This document shows, in pieces, positions 7,545 to 15,907 of a stretch of 32,000 nt of DNA. Source of the DNA: Telmatocola sphagniphila (GTDB lineage: Bacteria; Planctomycetota; Planctomycetia; Gemmatales; Gemmataceae); the NCBI RefSeq assembly GCF_018398935.1, contig NZ_CP074694.1:5940001-5972000 (forward strand), read 5' to 3'. A program made the translations under genes and the position numbers. The notes under the pieces are model-generated. The model was given only the letters and a program-made list of their open reading frames with translations. It was not told the DNA's origin and made no database searches. The number at the start of each line of letters is the position of its first letter. Position 1 is the first letter of the stretch.

Positions 7545-7791
7545 CGGCGGGGTGGCACTGGTAACCTAACTAAATCAACGTAAGTCCTTATTAAGTAACA
7601 GTTTGGGTGGCACTGGCTATTGCCAGTGCCGTTTCGATATGACTCCCGCTTTCGGATCGAATTTGTTTCGGAGTTGGCGAAAAGTCTCTCTGATTTCTCT
7701 TTCTCAGGCACTGGCAGATAGCCAGTGGGATCCAAAACATTACCTGACAATGATTTACGGTGATTCTAAAGGGTTACCAGTGCAACCGCGG
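7545..7791 (+). repeat. Repeat-family copy D (diverged short member, about 247 bp)
   Basis: Left end CGGCGGGGTGGCACTGGTA and right end TACCAGTGCAACCGCGG form TIRs. It shares the ~75-bp left module. Hairpins GGCACTGGC-tatt-GCCAGTGCC (7609-7630) and CACTGGC-agata-GCCAGTG (7709-7727). Confidence 0.75.
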
Positions 7792-7811
7792 CTATAGTAA
7801 ATATATAGTTC

Positions 7812-7840
7812 TTGACCTTTAATTATCTGTATTATATATA
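7812..7840 (+). promoter_or_regulatory. Candidate sigma-70-type promoter for the 7870 ORF
   Basis: TTGACC (7812-7817), a 17-nt spacer, then TATATA (7835-7840), 30 nt upstream of the ATG at 7870. The AT-rich context makes chance matches likely. Confidence 0.3.
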
Positions 7841-7869
7841 ATAATATTTGGCTTTTTTGGGATTTTTTT

Positions 7870-8259
7870 ATGAATACCTCAATTGCTTATCTTTATTCTG
7901 AAGCGAATTCCGAGGGGGACAATGTTTCTCAGAAGAAGTATGTCGATTTGACACACAAGGCGATCATTAATGCCTTCAAAAAATTTCCTTTGCCTCGTGA
8001 AGGACTCAAAAAAGAAAGGGCTGACTACTCGATAAATTTTTATTTGGTCTGGGAGAAGGGCAGGGAGACTTTTGAAGTGAATGGTCCATCTTATTCAAAG
8101 AAGTACAAATGTTGCGATTATAGTGTTTTTTTGCCGAACGAGCTTAGGGACGTAGTTGAGTATCTGGATGTTTTGTGTCAAGCAATTTTGTTGGTATTTC
8201 CTAATTATGATGTTGATAGATTTAAAAAGTGTTGCATGATCAAATCTGATGGATTGTGA
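7870..8259 (+). CDS. Hypothetical protein in a strongly AT-rich segment (foreign-looking composition)
   Basis: 129-aa ORF with an ATG start and Lys/Asn/Tyr-rich composition. It lies between repeat copies D and E. No motif recognised. Confidence 0.6.
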   Translation: MNTSIAYLYSEANSEGDNVSQKKYVDLTHKAIINAFKKFPLPREGLKKERADYSINFYLVWEKGRETFEVNGPSYSKKYKCCDYSVFLPNELRDVVEYLDVLCQAILLVFPNYDVDRFKKCCMIKSDGL

Positions 8260-8479
8260 TGATGGGCTAAAGTAATTAAAGGTGAAACGATCTGTTGGGT
8301 TTTGGGCTTGTTAATATTGAATAGATTTGCGAGAAAACATTAATCCATAGATTTTCTGTATTAATTAAAAAATTCAGTTAATGATAATGCTGCGATTTCA
8401 TATATTTTGCGAAGCGTCTTTGCCTTTCTGCCATCTATTCGTAAGATTTGGGTATTAGGAGATAATCCAATCTTCTTGT

Positions 8480-8619
8480 CGGCGGGTGGCACAGCCGAAT
8501 CCGTCCCACATAATGTAATTCATTATCCTATAATGTTTTGGGTGACACTGGCAAGCTGCCAGTGCGCTATAGATCAGGCCTCTGAAATGGCTTCGAGCAT
8601 CCTTCCAGTGGCTGCGTGG
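8480..8619 (+). repeat. Repeat-family copy E (highly diverged/minimal; right boundary uncertain)
   Basis: Begins CGGCGGGTGGCAC. After a different ~45-nt centre it has GTTTTGGGTGACACTGGCA-agc-TGCCAGTGCG (hairpin 8545-8563). Possible right end CCAGTGGCTGCGTGG at 8605-8619. Confidence 0.45.
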
Positions 8620-8760
8620 AACTAGAAATTCGTACTTTTAGATATTCCGTACCGCGCAAGACAAATCAGGTAACAGGTTAGAAGGAATGGCAGAAGTCGA
8701 ACAATGCTACCCGCCGGCTCGTTTATGTGAAACATTAACCTTGGTAATATCTCCTCGAAG

Positions 8761-9357
8761 TTATCCTGCCTCCTGAACCGGAAAAACTCGATTTAATTCC
8801 TGCACCAGCAGATTATCCTCTCCGGCGGCGGCGCGGACGGCCTGAATGAACTTCGGCATATCCGACAGATAGAGGGGTATCCAGATTTCCTTCCAGCCCG
8901 ATATGTTCTTCACAACCATGTACAGAAGTCCCGTTACACTTTGTCGACGAACCTGAGCGATATCGGACCATAAGATCGTTTGGTAGATCCCCAAAAAACT
9001 GTAACAGCGAATCCCGTCCACGCGAACGAACACCGGAAAGAGTATGACGGCGAGGCCGAACAGGCCGCCGAGACCCAGCGCCATTACAATCGAGGTGCCC
9101 AGTGGGGCCTCCACACCAGAGATGAACGCCAAAAAATAGGTGAACAGTCCGATTAGGCTACTAAACAAACTCGTCCATCGCCAAAGGCGCGCGAACGAGG
9201 ATCGGAAGACGAGGGTTTCCATGTAATCACCTAGAGTCGTAATTTCGGGTCCTATTCGCAAGCCACAAAACTCGCGCAGCGATTGACAGAATCGATGCTG
9301 CTTACGGGATAAATCCTTTTTTCTAAAAGCATACTCACCGGCCATAGGCACACGCAT
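8761..9357 (-). CDS. Hypothetical membrane protein (two TM helices plus a C-terminal soluble domain)
   Basis: The ORF track gives 8761..9501, but its first 48 codons overlap 9401..9682 and are low-complexity. An internal Met (MRVPMAGEY, 9357) is the more plausible start. Hydrophobic pair LFSSLIGLFTYFLAFISG / IVMALGLGGLFGLAVILFPVF. Confidence 0.6.
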   Translation of the reverse strand: MRVPMAGEYAFRKKDLSRKQHRFCQSLREFCGLRIGPEITTLGDYMETLVFRSSFARLWRWTSLFSSLIGLFTYFLAFISGVEAPLGTSIVMALGLGGLFGLAVILFPVFVRVDGIRCYSFLGIYQTILWSDIAQVRRQSVTGLLYMVVKNISGWKEIWIPLYLSDMPKFIQAVRAAAGEDNLLVQELNRVFPVQEAG

Positions 9358-9400
9358 TTTGCCCGCGCGATCTCGCCAAAATGAATTTACTCCCCAAATC

Positions 9401-9682
9401 TTATTGGTGCTTTTGTTGGGCGGGAGCGGGAGGAGAAGGCTTTCCAGGTTCTTTTGGGATTGGGGAAGTCGGATCGGCTGGCGGGGAAAGGATGGGAGCA
9501 CCGGCAGCAGTGGTCTTGTCAGAAGGCACCCGAACCATCGCTTGAGCGAATTCGCCGTAGGTGCCAGCGAGGTCGCCGTAGAGCTTCCAGAGCTCCTTGA
9601 GATGTTGATTTACCTTTCGGGTAAGGTCACCGGCGGACCCGGACAGCAAGATGTATTCCGTGCCGAGTGGTAAGTTGTCCAT
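9401..9682 (-). CDS. Small hypothetical protein with a Pro-rich C-terminal tail
   Basis: 93-aa ORF. GGAG sits 7 nt upstream of the ATG on the minus strand. No homology recognised. Confidence 0.5.
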   Translation of the reverse strand: MDNLPLGTEYILLSGSAGDLTRKVNQHLKELWKLYGDLAGTYGEFAQAMVRVPSDKTTAAGAPILSPPADPTSPIPKEPGKPSPPAPAQQKHQ

Positions 9683-9994
9683 GAGCGATCTCCAAAAAAG
9701 TGAGTTCAGTCACAGGCTGGGTTTAGATCCGATGTTCATGCAAATTCAATAATGCATTAACATCCTACGGAAGCGGTACACCTTACTCGTCTCTTCCGGA
9801 GCAAATCGGCAATCTAAAATTGCCCAGCCGCAGGGTAGCACGGGCGGGCAATTTTCCGTTACCGTAACCAATTTCCCCTTAGCCTCTCGAGTACCAGTCG
9901 CCATCTCCTAAGTTCAGCCGGTTGCATCCGCACTTTTTTCTTTTCTCAGAAAATGCTTGCGTTTGAATTTGCGTTAGAGTCTTTCTTCTTATCT

Positions 9995-10013
9995 TTTGCG
10001 CTTTTTGCGCAAA
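9995..10013. terminator. GC hairpin TTTGCGC-ttttt-GCGCAAA, possible terminator downstream of the 10030..11577 gene
   Basis: 7-bp stem and 5-nt loop. The T-run (CTTTTT) is on the plus-strand side and only an A-run lies on the minus-strand side, so the orientation is ambiguous. Confidence 0.3.
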
Positions 10014-10029
10014 CTTTTTGTGTATTTTA

Positions 10030-11577
10030 TTAAATCGCGGTTTTGAGTTCTTTCGGGAACTCTTTGATGCGGATACGAACGGCCGCCGCCATCACCGCAT
10101 TGCCTTTATCCGTCACATGATAGCGATGCGCCCGCGGGACTTTCCGAATCAATCCATGAGCGCGCAACCTTCCCAATTGTCGCGAGACTCGTTGCGTTTG
10201 CCGACGCCGTTCAGCGGCATCCCGGGCGGGCTCGTTCAACGCTTTCAGGATGTCGTGGTTGCGAAACCCATTGATGCGATTATCGCCGCATAAGACAGCC
10301 AGGAATAGCTTCTGTTCTTCGGCGTGCATCAAGTTCAAGCCGCGTCGCTTCCGGTTACCCAGAGAGACGGGTTGACTCAGTTGGTCGAGTTGACGCACGG
10401 TGACCGAAGGAGCGTCCACAACGGCCAAAGCCTCGAGATAGCGTCGATTCGAAGCGCGGGCGACTTCGAGGTAGCGATAGAAATTAGACACGCCTTTGTT
10501 CATGGGGCACCAGGCCATTTTTTCGACCCCTTTGCGGATGCATCGACGGCGGACGTGGAACTCGCCTGGCTGGTTGATTACTGTTTCAATGCGGAGAATC
10601 CGTTCGAATTTGTCGTACATTTTCAGCCAATTGCCTTTCATGCGGTGCTTGACGCGTGTGCCCGGTGCCCGTTTCTTGCGGCCCAGAGTAAGAATTTCTC
10701 CGTCGAATTGAGGATAGAGCTTGCGTCCCAGGAATTTCATAAGGTCGTCGGCAGAGAACTGTTGAATCGAGTGATCGACCAGACGCGGGTAAAGAGCTTG
10801 TAAGTCTTCACGACTTCGGAACAAAACGTCCGTGCTGTACTCGGCTTGATCGATCACCCAGTAGTATTGGCAGCGGTTCAGCCAGTCTTTTTTCAATAGC
10901 GGATTGGCCCGGCGGACCCAACGGTCGAGAATTTTGATCCAATTCAAATGGGCAAAGCGATCGGCCAGGCGTTGAGCGGCTTCGGGATTGTCGAGTTGAA
11001 CGAAGGCATTATCGCTTTGAAGGAAGCCGATCTGCTTTTCGTTCATCTGGCGGGCCAGCCAGTCGTGACCGTTGACGTAGACTTGGACGCTGTAAGGAAA
11101 GAAGGTTTGGATGCGGACATGGATCAGTCCGAACTCGGGATCGAGAGAATAGAAATAGACGACGCGTTGCGGGCGAGACGTGAAGTACAATTCCGGTCGA
11201 TCCTTGCCGGGACGCAGCTTGACGCCGCGACAGGTTTCCATGCAGCACAGCACGGCGACCAGTCCTTCCTTTAGACTGCGTTTGGCAATCTCCTCGCGGA
11301 TGATCTGCTCTTTGGTGTGCTCCCCTTGGAGAAACCGATAAGGAGCACCGGCTTCGGCGGCGACTCGTTTGCCATGTTCCACCAGTTCTTCGGACAGACC
11401 TTCCAGGAAGGGAACGAAGTCTTTGCGACGCATGCCCAGTCCGCTATCGCAGAGACGGTGGAGATCTCCATTCTTGAAAAAGGGAAGATATCCTTTGAAA
11501 ATCACGCGGTCGTGACATTCCAGAACGGATAGAATGGAATCGGCGAACTTCTTCGTAAATGAGTTGATCGTCGGCAT
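10030..11577 (-). CDS. Large conserved-looking protein of unknown function with a C-terminal winged-helix (MarR-like) motif
   Basis: 515-aa ORF with clean coding composition. The C-terminus RVSRQLGRLRAHGLIRKVPRAHRYHVTDKGNAVM resembles a wHTH recognition helix plus wing. The central region (YFYSLDPEFGLIHVRIQTFFPYSVQVYVNGH...YYWVIDQAEYSTDVLF...KHRMKGNWLKMYDKFERILRIETVIN) has no assignable catalytic family. Confidence 0.8.
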   Translation of the reverse strand: MPTINSFTKKFADSILSVLECHDRVIFKGYLPFFKNGDLHRLCDSGLGMRRKDFVPFLEGLSEELVEHGKRVAAEAGAPYRFLQGEHTKEQIIREEIAKRSLKEGLVAVLCCMETCRGVKLRPGKDRPELYFTSRPQRVVYFYSLDPEFGLIHVRIQTFFPYSVQVYVNGHDWLARQMNEKQIGFLQSDNAFVQLDNPEAAQRLADRFAHLNWIKILDRWVRRANPLLKKDWLNRCQYYWVIDQAEYSTDVLFRSREDLQALYPRLVDHSIQQFSADDLMKFLGRKLYPQFDGEILTLGRKKRAPGTRVKHRMKGNWLKMYDKFERILRIETVINQPGEFHVRRRCIRKGVEKMAWCPMNKGVSNFYRYLEVARASNRRYLEALAVVDAPSVTVRQLDQLSQPVSLGNRKRRGLNLMHAEEQKLFLAVLCGDNRINGFRNHDILKALNEPARDAAERRRQTQRVSRQLGRLRAHGLIRKVPRAHRYHVTDKGNAVMAAAVRIRIKEFPKELKTAI

Positions 11578-12079
11578 GGCGTCGAGTCTCCAACGGTTGT
11601 GTGGTTACTTCCATTGGATAAACCGACGCCATGTTCGTTAATACCTAGGGTTGCGGGCATTGCCCGCGTTAAGATATACCATTTTTCCAGGGATTTATCG
11701 GGTGACTCCGAGAGGTCCTTCATCTTCTCGATTTTTGAACAAAACGAACCAGTTCGAAAGCCTTTAAGACTTTCGCATCCGCGATCTGGCGAAGCCAGCG
11801 ACAACAAAAAACAAAGGCCCACGGTCTAAATGGGCGAATAACTTTCGCCGGAAGGTCCCGGTACCGAATCAATACCGGGCACGTTCGAAATGGAGGTGGA
11901 AATCGCGAATGAATGAAGAAATTTTGTGAAAGACGGGCTCGCCGAGTTGCGTTTTCGCAAATTCTTCTCGCTCAGAGTGTATCAGTACGGATCAGCGAAA
12001 GAGAGCGGCACATATCCAACCTCTCTCGGCCATATTTCTCATTCTTTGATCTTTTGTGCACCCAATAGGAGTGTTTCAC

Positions 12080-13132
12080 ATGCATGCGCTTGTACGCAAA
12101 AGTCGTTCGGGTTTCACCTTGATCGAATTGCTCGTGGTCATTGCTATCATTGCGATCCTGATCGGGTTACTATTGCCGGCCGTTCAAAAGGTTCGCGAAG
12201 CGGCGGCTCGCATGAGCTGCCAGAACAATTTGAAGCAGTTGGGCCTGGCACTCCACAATTATGCCGGCACCACCCCCAATAGTACGTTCCCCGCTTCTTA
12301 CACCTTGGTCACCAGCCCGTCTCTCAATGGCATTGCCTGGGGAACTGTGATCCTGCCGTATATTGAACAGACCAATCTTTATAACGGCTACGACCAGACC
12401 AAGCCCGCTTTCCCGGCTCCATTCGGAAATCCCAAGAATATTGCAGTTATTTCAACTCCTTTGAAAACATTCATGTGTCCTTCGGTTCCGCTGGCTGCGA
12501 GCGATCGAGTTTACACCTACGACCTGAGTCAGGAAGCCAGTGCAGCTCTCGGTACTTCGATCCCAACCGGGGCTTTGCAGTTTACCGCGGCCGCTTCCGA
12601 CTATACGGGCATCAGCGGTGTCCTCGGAAAGCTTTGGAATAACCTGACGGCGAACGGCTATCCCACTTCGGCCCATACCGATGACGAGGAAGGTGTCCTT
12701 GGGCCATCGAATCGTCCCTGTAGCATTCTGTCCATTACAGATGGTACTTCGAATACGATTTTGCTGGGCGAAGTGGCCGGGAAGCCGAACTTCTACATTC
12801 GTAACCAGCTACAGCCGATACCGCCGGCTCCTATCGGCCCTTCGCTCGAAGGCGGCGGCTGGGGCGATATTATGATCGGCGAAAACTGGCTTTCCGGGAC
12901 CGATACCGGTTGCAAGACGCAATCCCCCACGAGCCTGGCTTCGGTGATCGGAATTTGCAATCGCCGGTTGAAAGGCGAGTCCTTGTCCGGTTTGTACAGC
13001 TTCCACACGGGGGTAGTGAACATTGGTATGGCCGATGGCTCGGTACGTACTCTTTCTTTTGGAACTGATCCCCTGGTGGTGATGCAACTTATCACCAAAG
13101 CGGGCGATGAAATCCCGACTGGTAACTATTAA
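12080..13132 (+). CDS. DUF1559 / H-X9-DG protein with a prepilin-type N-terminal cleavage/methylation domain
   Basis: [51 protein letters not shown], plus C-terminal [16 protein letters not shown] (H-X9-DG). TAGGAG lies 8 nt upstream of the ATG at 12080; the ORF-track GTG at 12056 is probably too early. Confidence 0.9.
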   Translation: MHALVRKSRSGFTLIELLVVIAIIAILIGLLLPAVQKVREAAARMSCQNNLKQLGLALHNYAGTTPNSTFPASYTLVTSPSLNGIAWGTVILPYIEQTNLYNGYDQTKPAFPAPFGNPKNIAVISTPLKTFMCPSVPLAASDRVYTYDLSQEASAALGTSIPTGALQFTAAASDYTGISGVLGKLWNNLTANGYPTSAHTDDEEGVLGPSNRPCSILSITDGTSNTILLGEVAGKPNFYIRNQLQPIPPAPIGPSLEGGGWGDIMIGENWLSGTDTGCKTQSPTSLASVIGICNRRLKGESLSGLYSFHTGVVNIGMADGSVRTLSFGTDPLVVMQLITKAGDEIPTGNY

Positions 13133-13155
13133 TCGACTTTTTACACTCCAGCGTT

Positions 13156-13174
13156 CGAGGGATTGATTCCCTCG
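13156..13174 (+). terminator. Candidate hairpin terminator after the DUF1559 gene
   Basis: CGAGGGA-ttgat-TCCCTCG. The T-run (CTCTTTTTT) starts about 13 nt further downstream, so it is not a textbook intrinsic terminator. Confidence 0.3.
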
Positions 13175-13224
13175 GGCCGCTGCATTCTCTTTTTTGAAAG
13201 AACCTGGATTTCAAGGGACGAATC

Positions 13225-13692
13225 ATGGTTCGCGCACTCCGGGTGGCCCGATTAGTCGGACTTTTCGCACTTGTTGTCATCTTGACTTCGGGGTGCGCTG
13301 GAGAGAATAAATCGGGATTGCCGCGCTATAAGGCTCATGGAAAGTTGTTGGTAAAGGGCAAGCCGCTCGAGGGGGTGCAGGTCGTACTTTTCAGTACCGA
13401 TGCGGCCCGCGAAAAAGAGAATGAAGCGAACCATATCGCGAGACCTTCGGGGTTGACTGATGCCGAAGGCAACTTCACCTTGGGAATCAGTGGCGACGAT
13501 AAAGGCGCTCCGGCCGGGGAGTACAAGGTGGTGCTGACTTATCATGCGCAGCGGGGGATGGGGAATACGCATACGGGAAGTAAGTTAGGCTCGGCGATTA
13601 CCAGTCAGTATGGCAATCCGAAAACGACGCCATTTCAGGTGAAGATCGGCGAGGGGCCGGACAACGAGTTGCCGACGATCAAGGTGCCGTGA
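13225..13692 (+). CDS. Small lipoprotein (carboxypeptidase-regulatory-like fold suspected), the usual partner of DUF1559 genes
   Basis: Signal peptide with the lipobox-like sequence VVILTSGC, a beta-rich sequence, and a position immediately downstream of the DUF1559 gene. Confidence 0.75.
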   Translation: MVRALRVARLVGLFALVVILTSGCAGENKSGLPRYKAHGKLLVKGKPLEGVQVVLFSTDAAREKENEANHIARPSGLTDAEGNFTLGISGDDKGAPAGEYKVVLTYHAQRGMGNTHTGSKLGSAITSQYGNPKTTPFQVKIGEGPDNELPTIKVP

Positions 13693-13708
13693 GGGAGGCG
13701 CCTTTAAT

Positions 13709-14605
13709 TCAAACTACTCTACCTTCGAGTGCATGGGATCGCTTGGCAGCTTCCAAGAAAAGTTCTTGCCACGTACTTAGCAATGCCGATGCCGCTGGTC
13801 GCCTGGAGGGGTTAAGGTGAAGCATCGGAGTAATCAGTTCCATGAGGAGCGGTCCCATTCCACCTTCAATCTTGAAGTTATTCATCTGAATGGGATCCCT
13901 GAAGTTTTGCATCGGTTTCTGCGGGTTCTTTCCAGTGAACATCTCCACGAACACAATGCCAAGTTGAAAGATGTCGCTTTTCTCAGTGGGGACAGGTCCT
14001 CCTTTGAAGTAATTCACCAGATCCGGCGTTCGGTATCTTCGAGGCATCCGAGGCCCGAAGCTCGCTTTAATCCGATTCAAATCGCCTTTCGATGAGTCTT
14101 TGAGCCGCTTCATCAGGCCGAAATCGCCGAGAACGCAAGAGCCACCTTTGATAAAGATATTGGGTGGTTTTATGTCTCGATGTATTACTTGAATTTGGGG
14201 ACGTGATAGATATTCCAGAGCAGAGAGTAACTGGATCGAGTACGCCATTTTGGCCATCATTCCGGGATTCATTCGGAGCGCGGTCGCGAGTGTGCTCGGT
14301 GGGTATTCGGCAACAACGAAGGGTAGCTTGTCGAGAAAGATCCCTTCATCGTATACTCGCATCACCGAGGGGTGGCTGCAGCTTTTTAGAAAGGCTACTT
14401 CTTGAAGAAAGTTATCTCGCCATTCGGGTTTCGATAATCGGCGAAAGAGTTTTAGGGCGAAAAGTTGGCCGCGGAATTCTCCGGAGCTGGCCAGTACCAA
14501 GTAGGTATTCGCGGTCCCGCCCTCTCCGAGCTTTTGCAACGTTCGATACTTGGTCGATAGGGAATCCAGGCTTGTGCCAAATTGCAGATCGAGACTCTCG
14601 TTCAT
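13709..14605 (-). CDS. Stand-alone Hanks-type serine/threonine protein kinase (kinase domain only)
   Basis: Gly-rich loop GEGGTANTY, Lys in FALKLF, catalytic loop HRDIKPPNIF, and DFG (GDFG). There are no additional sensor or TM domains in its 298 aa. Confidence 0.9.
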   Translation of the reverse strand: MNESLDLQFGTSLDSLSTKYRTLQKLGEGGTANTYLVLASSGEFRGQLFALKLFRRLSKPEWRDNFLQEVAFLKSCSHPSVMRVYDEGIFLDKLPFVVAEYPPSTLATALRMNPGMMAKMAYSIQLLSALEYLSRPQIQVIHRDIKPPNIFIKGGSCVLGDFGLMKRLKDSSKGDLNRIKASFGPRMPRRYRTPDLVNYFKGGPVPTEKSDIFQLGIVFVEMFTGKNPQKPMQNFRDPIQMNNFKIEGGMGPLLMELITPMLHLNPSRRPAASALLSTWQELFLEAAKRSHALEGRVV

Positions 14606-14623
14606 TTCGGGCTTCTATTCGCA

Positions 14624-14899
14624 TTAATCTGGGTTCCGGACATGAAAAAATGGCGAGTTGGGATTATCCAGGTTATATCCCCAGCCTAGTTTCTTGCTCG
14701 CAAACAAATCGTGCCAAGCATCCAAAACCCAATGCTGTATCTTGAGATCCGCATTCCATCGAATGCCAAGTTCATCGGCAATTTGTCGCATTACTACGCC
14801 TTCTTGCGCATAACCTGCCCCTTGTTCGGCTGCCCTTTTCGCATGTTCCCAAACTATCTTTTTGACATCCTGCTCCGCGATATTCTGCGTTATTTCCAT
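14624..14899 (-). CDS. Small hypothetical protein, apparently co-transcribed upstream of the kinase
   Basis: 91-aa ORF on the same strand, 18-nt gap to the kinase start, Trp-rich, no recognised motif. Confidence 0.55.
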   Translation of the reverse strand: MEITQNIAEQDVKKIVWEHAKRAAEQGAGYAQEGVVMRQIADELGIRWNADLKIQHWVLDAWHDLFASKKLGWGYNLDNPNSPFFHVRNPD

Positions 14900-15157
14900 T
14901 ATTTTCCCTCATCGTCCTAGACTAGAATTCACTATTATCTTAACCTTCTGACAGCCTACAAACAATGCCGCAGGAGAATCGCAACTAGAAGCAACGGGGC
15001 AGTCGAACGAGTTGCCACGAGTGGGTATCGATTCGTCGCTACCCTGTTCGGCTAAGCTCAATTTTCGGCTGCAAAAAATGCAATGCGCCTGCTAGAAATC
15101 CTCTAACTACCGCTAGGCTATCCTCGCCTCAACCACTTCGTGGACAGTATGCCCCAC

Positions 15158-15802
15158 TTACTTCTTCTCCCCCAACTCCTCAATAACAATATCCTTGTAA
15201 TAGGCCTTGGCCTTGGCGCCGCCGTGGATCTGCAGGCCGATGATGCCGGTTCGCTCAATTTTCTCGTCTTTTTCCGTGTAATCGACTGTTAGTGTGTCAT
15301 TCAGCCACAATCGAATGCGCGTCCCTTCGCAGCGTATGCGATAATCGTTCCAGTCATCGTATTTAATGATCTTCGCTCGCGTTGCGGCATCCGGGCCGGT
15401 CAGGATTTTGTTGCGTCGGGACTCGTCGTAGAGTGCTCCCCAGTAGTCCTGCCCGATGTCGGCCTGAAAGCCGCTCACTTCGTGGTTCATCGGGATTCGC
15501 TTGGTCCGAAACTGCACCCCGGCGTTGGCCTTGCTATGATCGCCGAGCAGCTTGAACTTCACTTTCAGTTCAAAGTCGGTGTAACTTTTGGTGGTGCAGA
15601 GGAATTCATTTCGGGGCACCGTCGTTTCCAGAGAGCCGCCGACGATTGAGCCTTCTTCGACCCGCCAGGTTTTCGCGGTGTCGCCTTCCCAGCCGGTGAG
15701 CGTTTTGCCGTCGAACAGCGATTTGGATTCACCCGCGGAGACTGAATTTGGAAGGATGAAGCAAGACGCTAAAAGAAGGAATCCTAGAAAAAAGTGTCTC
15801 AT
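15158..15802 (-). CDS. Secreted DUF1080 (3-keto-disaccharide hydrolase-like) domain protein
   Basis: Signal peptide, then LFDGKTLTGWEG...WRVEEGSIVGG...NAGVQFR...GLQIHGG...YYKDIVIEEL, the typical DUF1080 pattern. Confidence 0.85.
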   Translation of the reverse strand: MRHFFLGFLLLASCFILPNSVSAGESKSLFDGKTLTGWEGDTAKTWRVEEGSIVGGSLETTVPRNEFLCTTKSYTDFELKVKFKLLGDHSKANAGVQFRTKRIPMNHEVSGFQADIGQDYWGALYDESRRNKILTGPDAATRAKIIKYDDWNDYRIRCEGTRIRLWLNDTLTVDYTEKDEKIERTGIIGLQIHGGAKAKAYYKDIVIEELGEKK

Positions 15803-15907
15803 GGTATGGCCTATGTTGTTGAAATTAGAAGCGTTTTAGTTATAAGAAAATGGGCAATATCTTATAACAAGAAAAAATTATATAAACAGGTCGGTTGTAC
15901 TGATGAT

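Noticed and set aside
7545-7630. Integron attC site: ACCTAAC (RYYYAAC-like) ... AGTTTGGG between the two GGTGGCACTGG direct repeats, with a CCAAACT/AGTTTGG stem in copy A
   Set aside because: The right box GTTTGGG does not fit GTTRRRY, and the left box fits only in copy D. Conservation extends about 400 bp beyond the putative R' box in copies A-C. No intI is in the window and the only tyrosine recombinase is a Xer-type gene 21 kb away. I kept it only as something to test with an attC covariance model.
3590-8620. CRISPR array, suggested by the many recurring palindromic GGCACTGG..CCAGTGCC units
   Set aside because: The palindromes are not regularly spaced short direct repeats separated by unique 25-40-bp spacers. 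They sit within long (250-470 bp) mutually alignable elements, in both orientations, and there are no cas genes.
8407-8625. 72-aa ORF over repeat copy E
   Set aside because: It is made of the repeat sequence itself (the hairpin 8545-8563 lies inside it). It has a TTG start and no coding-like composition.
9358-9501. N-terminal 48-codon extension of the 8761..9501 ORF
   Set aside because: It overlaps the 3' end of the better-supported 9401..9682 ORF in another frame and is low-complexity (PRQPIRLPQSQ...). An internal Met at 9357 gives a sensible membrane-protein start.
11807-11835. Minus-strand intrinsic terminator GCCCA-tttagaccg-TGGGC followed by CTTTGTTTTTTG
   Set aside because: The stem is only 5 bp, and no minus-strand gene lies upstream of it (the adjacent gene to the right is on the plus strand). 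It is not supportable as a feature.
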